A stretch of 64,000 nt of DNA from Callorhinchus milii (taxonomy: Eukaryota), in assembly GCF_018977255.1 (NCBI RefSeq), contig NW_024704742.1, positions 71,736,001 through 71,800,000 on the forward strand, in the 5' to 3' direction. The notes below the pieces were generated by a model. It had not been told where the DNA came from. It made no database searches and worked only from the letters and a program-made list of their open reading frames with translations. This document shows positions 1-14,681 of the stretch, in pieces; position 1 is the stretch's first letter, and each line of letters opens with the position of its first letter. The position numbers were made by a program, and so were the translations under genes.

Positions 1-2694
1 TATACTATAATAATAATAATACTTGCATTTGATATAGCGCTTTTCACATCTTCTAGACATCTCACCGTGCTTTACAGTTGGGCACAGCAGGTCCCACGAA
101 CAGTCGTGGATTGAGTGAGCACATTTTTTTTATTGTTTTTTTTTGAAGGGATTATTACCCCCCAAAAAGCGATCTGCCAATCAACTAACAATCGGGTTCC
201 TCTTACTGCTGGATGAACACAGGCCATAGTTTCACCGTGCCCGGGAGTTGAACTTGGGTCTCTCATTTGCCAGGTGCTGTCAATTGGCTGCCGCATTTCA
301 CCCACAGTCAATTCACTTTACAGTATATTCTGTGAAACGCTTTGAGATGTCTCAACGATGTGATAAGCCACTATATCAAATGCAAGGATTATTATTATTC
401 ACTCTCATATACTCTGGTATACCCACACACTTACACACGCACTGTGTCTCACACGGATACGCATATTCTTTCATACTCACATGCTGTCTCACACATACCC
501 TGTCACACACATATGTTTTCTCACACAAAAACGTTCTCTCCCACGCACCACACACACACACAGACACGTTTTTCTCACACACGTTCTCTCACACACGCAC
601 ACACGTTCTCACGCAACACACACACATTCTCTCACACAATTTCTCTTTCATGCATACAGTCTCACACATACTTTCTCCCACTTATACTCTCTCAGGTGGT
701 GACCGGTGTCTCCTCTCAGTGAGGGGAGGGTGTGTATTTGCAGAGAGAGCAGCTCTGTCACACCCTGTATTAAGGATATGAAACAGCCTACAGTGGAAGT
801 TGTGCTTTGTTTGGGAACCTGTAGGATTACAGGCGGGTTAATCGTGCGGTTTAGAAGCGCTTAGCGACAGTTCAGTTGCTAGAATCGGATAGTTGAGGAA
901 TAATGAAGTGTTAATCTGATCTGTTTATAGGGACACCCTGCCTCCGAGGCCAGACACCGCATTCCACCCAATCTCAGCCAGTCTGTCTATCCTCCAGTCT
1001 CAACTTCCCCCACGCGCCCCGCCCCCATCTCAGCCAGACTCAGCCTCACCCGTGCAGTCTCTGTCTGTCAGTCTGTCTGTCTCCCAGTCTCAATCCCCTC
1101 ACCCCCCCCTCATAGCCAGTCTCAGTCTCAGTTGCCAGCCCATTCTCAACAACAACAAGTTGCATGTGTACTGTGCCTTTAGGAGTCGAGTATGTGCACC
1201 TGAGCTGGGGGTTAGGATCAGGAGGATGGAGGGCAGGAAGGGTACGGGTAAGAGGGTGACCAAAAGCACTATCGAAGAGAAGGGTCTTGAGACAGGTCTT
1301 GAAGAAGGCAATCGAGGGGGTGAGCAGAGGGGCTCTGGGATGGAGTTCCAAAGAGCAGGGGGCAGAGAGGCTGAAGGCCCGCCCGCCAATGGTGGGGCGG
1401 GTATGGCGGGTGACGTGGAGCAGGCGGCAGGAGCCTGCTGAGCGGAGGGAGAGGACAGGTTGATATGGACTGTCAAAAGTGAATGAGATACATATCTAAA
1501 AAGGAGCAGGCTACAGGGTGTGAGGAAAGGGCAGGGAAATGGAACAGACACCATGGGCCGAATGACCATCTTCCATGCTGTAAATTTCTAGAGTTCTGTC
1601 CTCACTAAACTGTGAGACATTTTTCTATCGAGTATTGATTTAGAAGTTGGTTTTCGTTTTTAGGACTAAGAAAAATGGCTTCCTACATTGGGAACATGTG
1701 CAGCGCAGAGCTGAAAAGTGGGCTTCGTGAGGCATCAATTATCACATAATATCTCTCGCTCGTGATACACAGTCTTTAACTCAATAAACCACAAAATGCT
1801 TCACAGGATTCACTGCAAATTGCAGTGACTGTGTGTTTTGTGGGTGAATGCAGCAGCACAGCAACATCTCACAAACAGCCGTGAAGTGAGACTTATTGTA
1901 TCTGGGGGATTGTCGGCCAGGAAACCTCTTTTCTAACGGCCGCATGGGATCTTTTAACATCTGCCTGGACATGCACAGATGGGGACAGCCTAGCAAGCAC
2001 AGACTGGGGTTTACTGTCTCATCTGAAGGACGGAGCCTCTGTCAATGCAGCGCTCCCTCCCCCCCAGCCTGGACTGTGAGAGTGGGGGGTGGGGGGGGCG
2101 AGACAGAGGGGCTGATGCGAGCAAGTCTTCTGTTAGGGAGTGTGAGGAAAGCCTGGCTTTCACTGTTGAGTAGAGAGATTCCCCCCCCACCCCCCAAGCA
2201 CAGCGGGCTGACACAGCCCACGCTGATCTCCTGTCAGTCACTCGGCTGCTATGGACAGCTTCTCAGCAGTGAGAGGACCTTCACCTTTAACCTGTGCATT
2301 AGCAGGATTGACGGAGGAGAGGAGTGCCTGCCTCCCCAATACACACTCACACACACGGCCACACAGACACACACACTCTCACTCTCACAGACACAGACAC
2401 TCTCACACACAAAGACACGCACTCAGATACACACACACACACATGAGACAGAGAGTGGAGTGACAGAGAGACTGAGTGTGTGACAGTGACAAAGAGAGAG
2501 TGACAGAAAGAGATTGTGATAGTGTTATTGTAGGCAGAGATGTTTTATAAAGAGCTGTACATGGGTGATGAGATTATTCTTTGTCTGCCTGTCACTATGT
2601 CTTGGGCAGTTGATCATGCTCTCACCTGTGAGTCAGAAGGTTGTGTGTTCACAGTCGAGGCTGACGCTCCTATGTGGTGCTGGGGCAGATGTTA

Positions 2695-3510
2695 ACAACA
2701 ACAGCAAGATTACATGCATATAGCGCCTTTCACGTCGAGAGGACGTCCCAAGGTGCTGAACAGTCAAGAGTTTCAGACCCAAGCTGGGGGTCGGGCAGGT
2801 GGAGAAGCAGGGTGATCGAAAGTATGGTTGAAGAGGAGGGTCTTGAAATGGGTTTTGAAGGAGGCAAGGGAGGGGGCGAGACAGAGGGACTGTGGGATGG
2901 AGTTCCATAGGATGGGGGCAGAGTAGCAGAAGGCCCGACCACCAATGGCGGGGCGAGCGAAGCAGAGGATGTGAAGCAGGCCAGAAACAGCTGAGTGGAG
3001 GGAGTGAGCAGAATGGTAGGGGGTTTGGAGGTCGCAGAGGTAGGCGAGAGTAGGACCAGGATCTTGAACTGTATCCACTGTGTGAAGAGAAGCCAGTGGA
3101 GTCAGGTGAGGATGGGGGTGATAGGGTCATGGAGCCTAGTGTGGGAGAGGACACGGGCTGCAGAGTTCTGGATGATCTGAAGTCTATGGAGGGAGGAGTC
3201 GGGGAGGCCGACAAGCAGGGAGTTTGCATAGTCAAGTCTCAATGTAATGAATGCGTGTATGAGGGTCTTGGCAGCCTGCGGTGTGACACAGTGGCGGAGT
3301 CGGGCGATGTTGCAGAGGTGGGGGAAGGCAGAGCGGGACATAGCATGGATGTGGGTAGAAAGGACAGTTGAGGGTCAAACAAGACCCCAAGGTTCTGGAC
3401 TGGCTCAGTGAGGTGGAGTGTGCAGCCATGGATGGTGATGCTGTCAGCGGTGTGGAGGCGCTGATGGGAGCCAATCAGCAGAGCCTCGGTCTTGTTGACG
3501 TTCAACTGAA
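2695..3510 (-). mobile_element. L2-clade LINE 3' fragment
   Basis: NVNKTEALLIGS, RLDYANSLLVGLP, IGGRAFCYSAPILWNSIP motifs and the L2 tail. Confidence 0.85.
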
Positions 3511-3749
3511 GAGAGTTAAACCAAGGTCCCGTCTATGCCCTGTTCAGGTGGATGTTAAAAATCCCGTGTGGCTACTCAAAAAGAAAAGTTTCTCTCTCCG
3601 GGACCAACAATTGCCCAAATAAAACTAGTCACTCACTTCGTGGCTGTTTGTGGAACACAAAATACAGTCACTGCTTGTTACAGTATATCCTGTGAAGCTC
3701 TTTGAGACGTTTCGATGAGGTGATAAGGTGCTATGTCAAATGTAAGAAT

Positions 3750-4690
3750 TATAGAAACCGGAGTAGGCCATTCAGCCCCTCAAGCCTGTTCTACCATTTT
3801 ATTAGATCATGCTCAGACGCCGTCCGGCATGGAAGGCGCTGTATAAATCCAAGTTGTTGTTGTTGACTGATCTGTACCTCAACTCCATTTACCCACAGTT
3901 GCCCCATATCCCTTGATACCTTGGCCCAAAAACATCTGTACACCTCAGTCTTGAAAGCGTGAATGGTTCTAACATCCACAGCCTTTTGGGGGAGAGTTCC
4001 AGATTCCCATTACCCTTTGGGTGAAAAACTACCTCCTGATTTCACTCCTATATGGCTTAGCTCTAATTTTAAGATGATGCCCCTTGTTCCGGATTCCCCA
4101 CCAGAGGAAATAGTTTCTCTGTATGTACCTTATCAAATACCTTTATTATTTAAAAAGTCTCAATCAAATCATTCCTCAACCTTCTAAACTCAAGGGAACA
4201 GAGACCAACTTTATGGAACCTGTCCTTATAATTTAATCCTTTTAGCCCTGGTATCATTCTGGTGATTCTGCCCAGCACCACCTCCAGAGCCAATATATCC
4301 TTCTTGAGGTGCGTTGCCCAAAACTGAACACAGTACTCCAGATAGGGTCTGACCAAGGCTCTGTATAGATGAAGCATCAAGTCCTCTCCTTTATATTACA
4401 GCCCCTTGAGATAAAGGCCAACATCGCATTAGACTTCTTGTACCTGTGAGCTTGTTTTTAGTGATTTGTGTAGTGGACACCCAAATCCCTTTGCTCCTCC
4501 ACAGTTCTTAGTTTCTCACCATAAAAAAATATTCTGTTTTGCTATTTTTTGATCATAGTGGATGACCTCACACGTCCCCACATTGAATTCCATCTGCCAC
4601 AGTTTTGCCGACTCACTTAATCTAAGTCCCTTTGTAACTTCCTGCTCCCATCTACACAATTTACTGTGCCTCCTAACTTTGCGTTATCTA
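3750..4690 (-). mobile_element. CR1 LINE 3' fragment
   Basis: LYRALVRPYLEYCVQFW...RRLRNDLIETF, the CR1 ORF2 C-terminus, plus CR1 3' UTR. Confidence 0.85.
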
Positions 4691-4699
4691 CAATAAATA

Positions 4700-5008
4700 A
4701 TAATTCTTGCATTTGATATAGCGCTTTTCATGTCTTCTAAACGTCTCAAAAGCGCTTCACAGAATATACTGTAAAGTGAATTGACTGTATATTTGTGGGC
4801 GAAACACGGCAGCCAATTGCGCACAGCAGTGTGTCACAAACAGTCGTGGATTGAAATTGAAGTGACCAATTTATTATTTTTTTTTCTTGAGGAATTATTA
4901 AGCGTGTGGAGTAAGGAAACTTGCCCAAGGTTTCGCCCTGCCGGGAATCGAACCCAGGTCTCTGACTTGCAAGGCGAGTGCTCTAACCACTGAGCTACAA
5001 GACTCCAC
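4700..5008 (-). mobile_element. tRNA-derived SINE, short variant
   Basis: A/B boxes, core, tail. Confidence 0.85.
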
Positions 5009-5197
5009 TGCAAATTACTCTGTCATCTGCAAATTATTATATAATTATATCATTATTGTGGCTATTTTTTGGGACGTTGCTGTGTGGAAACTGACGACCT
5101 AAAAATATACAGTGATTGCACTTTACAGTAAAGTTCCCACCCCCCCATGACTCAAGATGTAAATTCTTCACAAAATAACGCTGCCAACAGATCAGTG

Positions 5198-5214
5198 AGT
5201 TCAGTCTGAGTTCA
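5198..5214 (+). promoter_or_regulatory. DR5 retinoic acid response element motif
   Basis: AGTTCA gtctg AGTTCA, a perfect RGKTCA-N5-RGKTCA. Confidence 0.55.
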
Positions 5215-7104
5215 TAGTAACATAGGAACAGAAGGCCATTCAGTCCCTCGAGCCTGTTCCGCCATTCATTGAGATCAGGACTGATCTGTACCTCAAGTCC
5301 AATTACTTGCCCGTGCCCCGTATCCCTTGATACTCTGACTTAACAAATATCTATCCACCTCAGTCTTGAAGCTGTGAATGGATCCAACATCCACAGCCTT
5401 CCATCTGGAGACAGCAGGGGGAGCTATTGCTCCACACAAACACGTTCAACATGGAAGGTCGTCTCAAAGCGCTTCACAGAATTGTGCATTGACTGAGTGT
5501 TTTGCGAGTGAACTTAGCAGAGAGTGAGTGACCGAATAATGTCCGCCTGAACAGGCACAGACGGGGCCTCGGTTTAACGGTTCATCCAAAGGACAGCGTC
5601 TCCCCACGGTACTACACTGACGTGTCAGCCTGGACTATGTGATTCCAAGTCCCAGACTTGGGGGCTTGAACCCACAACCTTCTGACTCAGAGGCGAGAGC
5701 GCTACCACTGAGCCAGATTGGCCACACTGGGAGCAGGGATTCTTCCCACTCAAAGCCCTAACAGTAGGGTGGTCTGAGCTGGACAAGCAGCAGGTGAAGC
5801 TTGCTAGGCAGTGCTCTCAATACAAATCGTGCAGTGTTAGCTGGTTAAACTAACACATTTACCACATTTACCCCAACAAACACTCAGGCCCCCAGTGCTT
5901 GGCTCTCACCAACCTATGCTTAATATTCTCTGGAATTAGGTAAGCAGGGTGCGTCAATCCAGGGAGAGAGAATATGCGTTCCAGACACAGGAATTTACAA
6001 TGTGTAGGTGACCTACATATGTGTCATGTAGTCTTAAGATGACACTGCAATGTAGTGCTGGGGAGGTGTATTGTCAGAGGTGCCATCCTTCAGTTAAGAT
6101 GTTAAACCTTTTCAGGTGATTATTAAAGATCCTATGGCACGATTCGAAAAGATAAGGGAGTTTCTCTCTTCCGGTGACTAACCATCCCCCAAATAAAATT
6201 GGTCACTCCTTGCATAGCTGTTTGTGGGACATTGCTGTGTGCATTGTGCTGACGCTTTTGCTTACAAAATATACAGTCCATTTCACATTAAATCCTGTGA
6301 AGTGCTTTGAGACGTCCTTCTGACATAATAAGGCACTATAGCAAATGCAAGGATTATTACTCTGTCTGGTTTGGAGACGCTTAAGCAAGGTGAAACACCC
6401 AGCTAACCACAAACAATTCACATTTATATACAGTGCTTGTTCTGTTTTTCCAAGTACTCTTGACAGCGTTCTGCCACTGTCAAGCGCTCTGGGGCGCTAC
6501 CCTGCATAAGGGGCGCTATCTAAATGCAAGTTGTTGTTGTTTACCAAACTCTCTGCTTCTGTGCCTAAATTCCTCCACTACTACTCATTATGGTTTAATC
6601 ACCATTCGCTCTGTGAATCCACCTCCTGTTCTTTTTCTCTCGTTAAGTGCAACGCAGATACAAGGGCAATATGATTAGAGTAAAGAACTCCAGTGGGGGA
6701 GCGAGCACCCGCATAGACATGATGGGGAGAGAGCAGGGAATGGGATTAGAGTAGAGAGCTGTGGTCGCTGGGAGTCAGGCTCAGTGTGTAAGCAAAGCTA
6801 CACCCTGAATACTTCCATGATCCACCAATTCCCAGATAGAAGTATATGGTTTCTGTCCATCGGCCTTTCAACAGATGCCAATGCCTCAGTGGGAAACAGA
6901 ACCCCTGGTGTGTGGAGCTGTGCTGATCCCCTGGGCCTGTGGCCAGGCTGAGGGGAGGACAAGAAAGCTGCGGTCCCTGGGGGAGGGAGGGGAGAGGGGG
7001 GAGGGAGCCCAAAAGCATTTCTGGGCGATTACTGTCCGGGGCTGTTACACTCCATACCACACCATGCTAGAGTGAAATGTGAACCATGTGTGATACACTT
7101 AGCT

Positions 7105-7280
7105 CCAGAGAGACACAGAGAGGAGAGCTACCCACGGAGAGAGAGAGAGAGAGAGAGAGAAAGAGCTGCCCAGAGAGAGAGAGGAGAGCTGCCCACGGAG
7201 AGAGAGAGAGAGAGGAGAGCTGACCAGAGAGAGAGAGAGAGAGAGAGGTGAGCTGCCCACGGAGAGAGAGAGAGAGAGGA
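7105..7280. repeat. GA-rich minisatellite
   Basis: Repeats of gagctgcccacgg followed by (GA)n. Confidence 0.9.
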
Positions 7281-10200
7281 ACATGGTACCAATTTGCATT
7301 TCACCCAGAAAATACACAATCAATCCACTTTATTCTGTGAAGCGCTTTGAGACGCCCTATAAGCGCTATGCAAGGATTATTATCATTAGGAAAACAAGGG
7401 AAGGCCATTCAGCCCATCAAGCCTGTTCCACTACTTTATTGGATCCAATAATAATAATCTTTATGTTTGATATTGTGTGGTTCCATTCACATCAAACCAC
7501 TTTACAAGGTTTACTGTAAAGTGTGACTTTTTTGTTAGTAAATAAGCCAGTTTGTACATTGCAATGCCCCACAGACATCGTGAAGTGAATGGTCCGTAAA
7601 ATGTCAGAATCGAGCCCACCCTCTGTGACGGTCTCTCGTCGGGATCCTGAGCCAGGTGGGTCCGCAGTATTCCAGGGCACTGCTGATGGCAGCACAGCCC
7701 AGCCTGGCTCATCACCAGGACCTGGAAGGGCAGACCAGTCACTGGGGGTGGGGAATCCTCCCACTCAGCTCCTGTTAACCCTGCAAACCAAAGCCCCTAA
7801 TGGGTAGGGTGGTCCCAGCTGGACAAGCACCGGGAAAGCTTGCCAGACAGTGATATCAATGGCAAGCTATGCGGGTTTAGCTAGTTAGACTCCAGGAATT
7901 ACCAATTTGGGGTCCCTAAGCCTTGGCTCTTGCCAATCTGCTCATTATCATTTCGCCTACAGTCAATTCACTTTACTGTGAAGCGCTTTGAGACATCTCA
8001 ATGACATAATCAGGCGTTATATCAAATGCAAGGCTTATTATTATTAATACTCTCCCGAATTAGGTAAACAGATTGCGTCCCTCCAGGGAGAGAGTGCCAG
8101 ACATGGTCATTTCCATGGTAAGTGGCATTGATGTGTGGAACTCTCAGTCTGTAGACTCCTGATCACAGTGTTGGGTTTCCGTGTGTGTCAGACACCTGGC
8201 TGATCACAGTGATAGGTTTCCATGTATGTCAGACACCCGGTTGATCACAGTGATGGGTTTCCACAAATTTCAGACACCCGGTCGACCAAAAAAAAAATGT
8301 GTAACATGTCTGGTGAGGAGTGAGAAAGAGCAAAACAAAACCCTGGTGGTTTGGGCTCCCAGATGTCAGGATGTATTAGGGCAGGCTGGCTCAGGAACAG
8401 ATTAAAAAGGAAAATTCTTCCCAAATTACAGTGTTTCACTGAAAAAGTAAAGGTTAAAAGCACAAGTGGAGATCCGTGTGGTATATTGCTGATTGCTAAA
8501 ATATGTGGAGATTTGCTTTGACATCAGATATTGTACCAAACGTAAGCCGGTGTGTCTGATGAACAGAGGAAAGTGTTCCCACATGCGCCTGGCGTTAGTA
8601 CATCAAACTCAATCCAGTCTGTAGTTTATACTCTTTCTGCCCCCACCCCCACCAATTCCCTGCGTTTTTTAAAGGGTCTCACACCAACTCAACCCCCCTA
8701 CCCCAAAAACACACACCACCACTTCGTTGGCTCCGTGTGAACTTCTGCAATGAATCCCGTCTGAAAAACTTACCCGAGAATGCCAGGCATTTGATCCCAG
8801 GGGTGGGAGACCCTAAGCATTCTCCTCATTCCTAATCAATGAGGTCTTCTCAGCATAACAATAATAATAAATAATAATCCTTGCATTTGGTCCAGCGCCT
8901 TATCACGTCGTTGAGATGTCTCAAAGCGCTTCACGGGATATACTGTAAAGTGTAGTGACTGTATTTGTGGGTGAACGAGGCAGCCAATTTGGGCACAGCA
9001 ACATCCCACAAACAGTCGTGAACTGAATAACTGATTTTACAACCTCCCGACCTAGAGGCCAGACTGACAGCGAATGTGAAGCACGTGTGCAACGACTAAT
9101 TGCAGTTACACAGCTCCCTTCAGGATAGTGTCTCAGAGTGAGACGCGGGGAGAAGGAGCTGGTAACGTCAGGCTGCTGTTTACTTGCTCTGTTGTGTCGT
9201 CCTTTGTGTTTTTAAGATATTTGAGGCTTACAATGTGCCTACCAATAAATATCCCCTCCAAAGCCCCCCCCGCCCGCTCCGTCTCCATCGCTGATCCCCA
9301 GCTGGGAATAATTAGAAAATGCTTTTTTTGATGAAAATTCCTTTTGAACCAAGTAAACAGTGCTGGTAAACAGACATTGTGAGAAATCCCCCCCAACATG
9401 TTAATGTGTGTGGGGGCGGGGGGGGGGGGCGGGGGAGACTCACATGGAGACAGATGCCAGCACCCATGGGATGGAGTGAGCGGCCTTCTGTTCTGGAACA
9501 TTCCACGGTTTCCTTAAATCCTTTTTACGCTTGTACCAGGCTCATTGGGTATCACACTCCCCTCTGATTCACAAGGTCGGGCTCTACATCAGGCACTCTG
9601 AGCTCACAGTCTAGGCTGACACTCCAGTGTAGTGCTGGGGGCCGAGCAGAGAGAGCACAGCATTGTCAGAGATGCCATATTTTGAGTATGATGATAAACC
9701 GAGCTCCCTGTCTGGCTGCTCAGGTGGATGTCAAAGATCCCATGGTGCTATTGGAAAAGAGAAGGCGGTTTCTCTCTTCTGGTGTCTTGGCCAACAATCC
9801 CCCAGATAAAATGGTGTCACTCAATTCACGACTTTGTGCAACTCTGCTGTGCCCAACTGGCTGCCCCATTGCGCCCACAAAATATACAGTCACTACACTT
9901 TACAGTGTAAACTACATATCTCAACAACGTGATAAGGCGATATATCAAATGCAATTATTTTATTATTTTCTTTCCTTTCTCTTCATTTTTTCTTCCTTCT
10001 CTTTTTCTGCTGAGCTGAGACACAGATGAGTTGCCCTTTGCCCTGCGAGGTGCAGTATAACATCGCATCAATACTGTGTCCATCCCGAGAGCCTGCGGGT
10101 GAAATCTGACCTCTCTTGTTGCTCAGATTACCACAGTGCCTGTCATGGCCAAACCAAGACACTTTTCTTGTGTGCTATTTAACACGTCCATTCTCCTCAG

Positions 10201-11451
10201 TTGCCCAGGATCCTATTTACACCAGACTGACTCCTACTAAGGGACTGCTCCCTGTCCACAGTACTTCAGGGCACTGCTGATGACAGCACAGCCCAGCCTG
10301 GCTCATCAGCAGGGCTGTCAGGGGAGACCAGTCACTGAGGGCAAGGAATCATTCCACTCAGCTCCTGTTAAGCCTGCAAGCCAAAGCCCTAATGTGTAGG
10401 ATGGTCCTAGCTGCATAAGCAGCTGGAAAGCTTGTCAATGGTTTGACTCCAGCAGTTTTACCCTATTCCACACTCTGGAGTCCCCAAGCCTTGGCTCTTG
10501 CATCCTATGCATAATAGTCGAAGTCCCAGGTTCAATTCCTTATGCAAGTTTCCTTACTCCACACGCCTGTTAACCCAGCAGTGAGTAGGAACCCTGGTAT
10601 TAGTCAATTGTAATCCTGTAGCTCAGTGGTTAGAGCACTTGCCTTGCAATTTCAGGCAGGGCGAAACCTTGGGCAAATTTCCTTACTCCACACGCCTAAT
10701 AATAATCCCTCTAAAACAAAACAATAATAAATTAGTCATTTTCAATCCACGGCTGTTTGTGGGACACTGCTGTCTGTGTGCAATTGGCTGCCGCATTTCG
10801 CCCACAAATATACAGTCAATTCACTTTACAGCATATTCTGTGAAGCACTTTGAGACATCGAGAAGGATTATTGTTATTATTAATTGACGGATCACTTTCC
10901 AGGGTAATAATCCCTCAAAAAATGTGGTCACTGAATCCATGACTGTGGGACACTAGTGTATGCAATTGGCTGCCGTGTATCACCCACAAATAAGGTCAAT
11001 CCGCTTTACAGTATATTCTGTTAAGCTCTTTGAAACGTCTCAACAGCGTGATAAGGCACTATATCAAATGCAAGGATTATTATTATTATTATCATCATGC
11101 TCTCTGGAATTAGGTAAGCACGGTGTGTCCCTCAGAGAGAGTGCTTATTCCGATTGCAAGCGACTGTGAGTCCGCAGTGCTATAACGGAGACGGCTAGCG
11201 TCTTAACATTCCCTGATCAGCGCTCGGTCGCTCACTCACTTGCTCTCCCTCCTGGGTCCAGCCTCAGCCTGGGCGTTTTTCCCACACTCTTGGTATCCAG
11301 GGTTCCGGACTTCCTGTTCCCATTGTACTGCTGCCTTTGTTGACCTGAGCTGTTGTTTTGTGAGCGGCCAGGTTGTTATGAGCCCTATTTCCTGGTAAAG
11401 TGCACAGTCAGACGATGGATGGCTTCCTGCAGACCTAGCTCAGTGTGGCCG

Positions 11452-11465
11452 GGGTCAGCAGGTCA
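11452..11465 (+). promoter_or_regulatory. DR2 retinoic acid response element motif
   Basis: GGGTCA gc AGGTCA in a non-repetitive block. Confidence 0.45.
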
Positions 11466-11586
11466 TCTGTCTCCAGACACAAACCACTTTCGTCCACTGG
11501 GGCCCCCTACAGGTCGTCCCCATTATAACGCAACGGGTTTTGGGTGCATGGACTTGGAGCCTGTGTTATACCAGTCAGTACCTCCA

Positions 11587-11958
11587 GGATTCCCTGTAGT
11601 GTAGTGGTTTGCGCGCTTGCCTCACACGCGAGAGGACCTGGGTTCAATTCCCAGGCAGGGCGAAACCTTAGGCAAGTTTCCTTACACCACAAACCTCTGT
11701 TTATATAGCAGTAAGTAGGAACCCGGTTGTTAGTCAATTGGCGGATTGCTTTCCAGGAGTAATAATCCATTAAAAATAATAATAATTTAGTTACTTAATC
11801 CATGACTGTTTGTGGGACACTGCTGTGCACAGTTGGCTGCCACGTTTGACCCACCAAATATACAGTCAATTTACTTTACAGTATATTCCATGAAGCACTT
11901 TGAGACATCTTAACGATGTGATAAGGCACTATATCAAATGCAAGGATTATCATTATTA
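11587..11958 (+). mobile_element. tRNA-derived SINE, long variant
   Basis: A/B boxes plus the internal segment gcagtaagtaggaacccggttgttagtc; (ATT)n end. Confidence 0.85.
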
Positions 11959-13689
11959 TAATCCTCACTCTGGTTGCAGCATTTGCAACCCCCAAAACCG
12001 TTCAATTTGTTGTGCAGATCATTGACCGTGACTGTATTTGTAGATGAATGCAGAGTAGTGTCCCACAAACAGCCATGACATTGGCTGCCACGTTTATGTA
12101 TACAATACATAGTCCCAGCATTTTACAGCAATAATAATAATAATAATACTTGCATTTGATGTAGTTCCTAATCACGATGTCTCAAAGCGCTTCACAGAAC
12201 ATATCATAAAGTGGATTGACTGTGTATTTTGTAAACGCGGCAGCCAATTGCGCACAGCAGTGTCCCGCAAACAGTCATGGATTGAGTGACCAAATCATTT
12301 TAAGTATTTTGAGGGATTATTACCCTCAGAAAGCAATCTGCCAATCAACTAACAACCGTGTTCCTACTTACTGCTGGGTAAACAGAGGCGTGTGGAGTAA
12401 GGAATCTTGCCTAAGATTTTGCCCTGCCCTGGAATCCAACCCGGGTCTTCTCGCTCTAACCACGCCATTACGGAACTCCAGAATCCTGTAAAGCACTTTG
12501 AGAGATCTCAGAGATGTGATCAAGTGCTGTGTGCGATGCGAGGATTGTTATCAGTTATTACAGTTGTGACAATTGATCGGCACCAAACCTGCAGTAATGC
12601 AGTTCTCACTTGACAGTTTCACAATGAACCATTGATCCGTTCATTGCTCGCTCCCTTTAAGAGCTGCTGTAATTTCATCCAGGCTGAAGTGGTGGTGGGG
12701 GGAACACTGGACATTACGGGGTGGGGGCAAGAGCAGCTTTCTCTCTCCACAGATGAGAGGCTCCAGCACTCGATCTACAGCTAATGGCCTCTCCAGGGGC
12801 AGGGGGACGGTTAGTGAAGCCATCTGCTGACTCATAATCTACCTGGTCTCAGCATTGAAACCATTTTGACTCAAAAAGAATCAATATCGCGCCTTTCACC
12901 TTATCGAGACAGCTCAAAGTGCTTCACAGGATTTTACTGTGAAGGTAGAATAACTGATTTGTAGGCAAACTTTGAGCTCACGATCCAGGCTGATGCTCCA
13001 GTGCAGTGTCGGGGGGATAGAGTGCCACATTGTCAGAGACACCATCCTTCAGATGAGATGTTAACTTCACTCCCGTTGAGGTGAATGTTAACGATCCCAT
13101 GGCACCGTTGGAAAAGAGAAGGGAATTTCTCTCTCCTGGTGTCCTGGCCGACATTCCCCCAGATAAAATGGCTGATTCACTTCACGATTCTTTGTGGGAC
13201 ATTTCTGTGTGAAAATTGGCTGCCTACACTATTTCAGTGAGCAAGTGGTAAATCTATAGAACAGGCTCCCTAGGAGACGGTAGAAGCAGAAAGTGTTGAT
13301 TCTTTCAAATTAGACAAATTTCTTTTAGGAAATAATATTTTGGGTACAGTATATGAGGAATGTGAGACATGACATATAGTAAGCGTATGGTTTGGAAGAA
13401 CCAGGCAACTTTGGATCTAAGGTTCCCAAAGGTTTCCACTGTGCTGTAGTCTAATCCATACAGAATTAATTGTTACCAACATCTCCATTATCAGCAAGTG
13501 ATTACCAGGATGGCAGAAGGCGGACGAGGTGGACCTTGGTGTTTTTTTGCCTAGCAATTCCTATGTTCCTAGGCATAAAAACAGTCACTACACTAGGCAG
13601 CTTTTCTCACAGTGTGACGCTCTCTCCCCCAGGTACTGCACTTGAGCGTCAGCCTGGACTGTGAGCTCATAGTCCCCGAGTTATAATAT

Positions 13690-14372
13690 AATAATAAGAC
13701 TTGCATTTGATACAGCGCCTTATCACTTCTTCGAGGAGTCTCAAAGTGCTTCATAGAATATATTGCAAAGTGGATTGACTATATTTTGCGGTCAAAATGT
13801 AGCAGCCAATTGAACACCGCAGTCAGTTGTAGATTGAATTGACCAAATTATATATATTTTTTAAGGATTATTAGCCCCGGAAAAGTAATTTGCCAGTCGA
13901 CCAATAACTGGGTTCCTACTTACTGCTAGGAGTCTTGTAGCTCAGTGGTTAGAGCACTCGCCTCGCAAGCGAGAGACCTGGACTCGATTCCCAGCAGGGC
14001 GAAACCTTGGGCAGATTTTCTTACTCCACGTGCCTGATAATAATCCCTCGGAAGAAAAAAAANCAATAATAAAAAATTGGTCACTCAATCCACGACTGTT
14101 TGTGGGACGCTGCTGTGCGCAATTGGCTGCCGCGTTTCCCCCACAAATATACAGTCAATTCACTTTACAGTATATTCTGTGAAGCGCTTTTTTAAGGATT
14201 CGTCTAGAAAAGGTGAAAAGTGCCATATCAAATGCAAGGCTAATTTTATTATTATACAGGTAAACAGAGGCGTGTGGAATCAGGAAACTTGCCTAAGGTT
14301 TCACCCTGCCCGGGAATCGAACCCTGGTCCTCTCACTTGCGAGTGCTCTAACTTCTAAACTACAGGACTCCA
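13690..14372. mobile_element. SINE (minus) with a second SINE (plus, about 13929-14254) nested inside
   Basis: The host sequence tactgctagg|...|aggtaaacagaggcgtgtgg resumes after the inserted copy. Confidence 0.8.
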
Positions 14373-14591
14373 CTTGAGGAGCTGAGGACTTGAACTAATA
14401 ACCTGCTGACCCCGAGGTGAAGGTGTCACTGAACGCGTTCCCACAGTCAGGAGGGCACGGCCGGGGAAAGGGAAACATAAAGTTAGCTGCTTTCACAACA
14501 GCAGGAAGCAATAGTAGGCGAGTGGATTTGTGTGTGTGCAGCTCTGTGTAATCAATGTAACATTACACAGAGAGAGAGCGAGATAGCGGGA

Positions 14592-14681
14592 AGGTCACCC
14601 TGAGGTAAAGACACTTCACAGCTTCCGAGGGGGTCACCAACAGGTCAGCGCGGCTCACACACTTAGTGCACGCACAGGTCA
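14592..14681 (+). promoter_or_regulatory. Cluster of three DR5 RARE-like motifs
   Basis: AGGTCA ccctg AGGTAA (14592-14608), perfect GGGTCA ccaac AGGTCA (14631-14647), AGTGCA cgcac AGGTCA (14665-14681), all in unique sequence. Confidence 0.65.

Noticed and set aside
248..781. His/Thr-rich ORFs (also about 2251-2483, 37967-38314, 43179-43618)
   Set aside because: Degenerate (CA)n/(TG)n microsatellites fused to SINE sequence.
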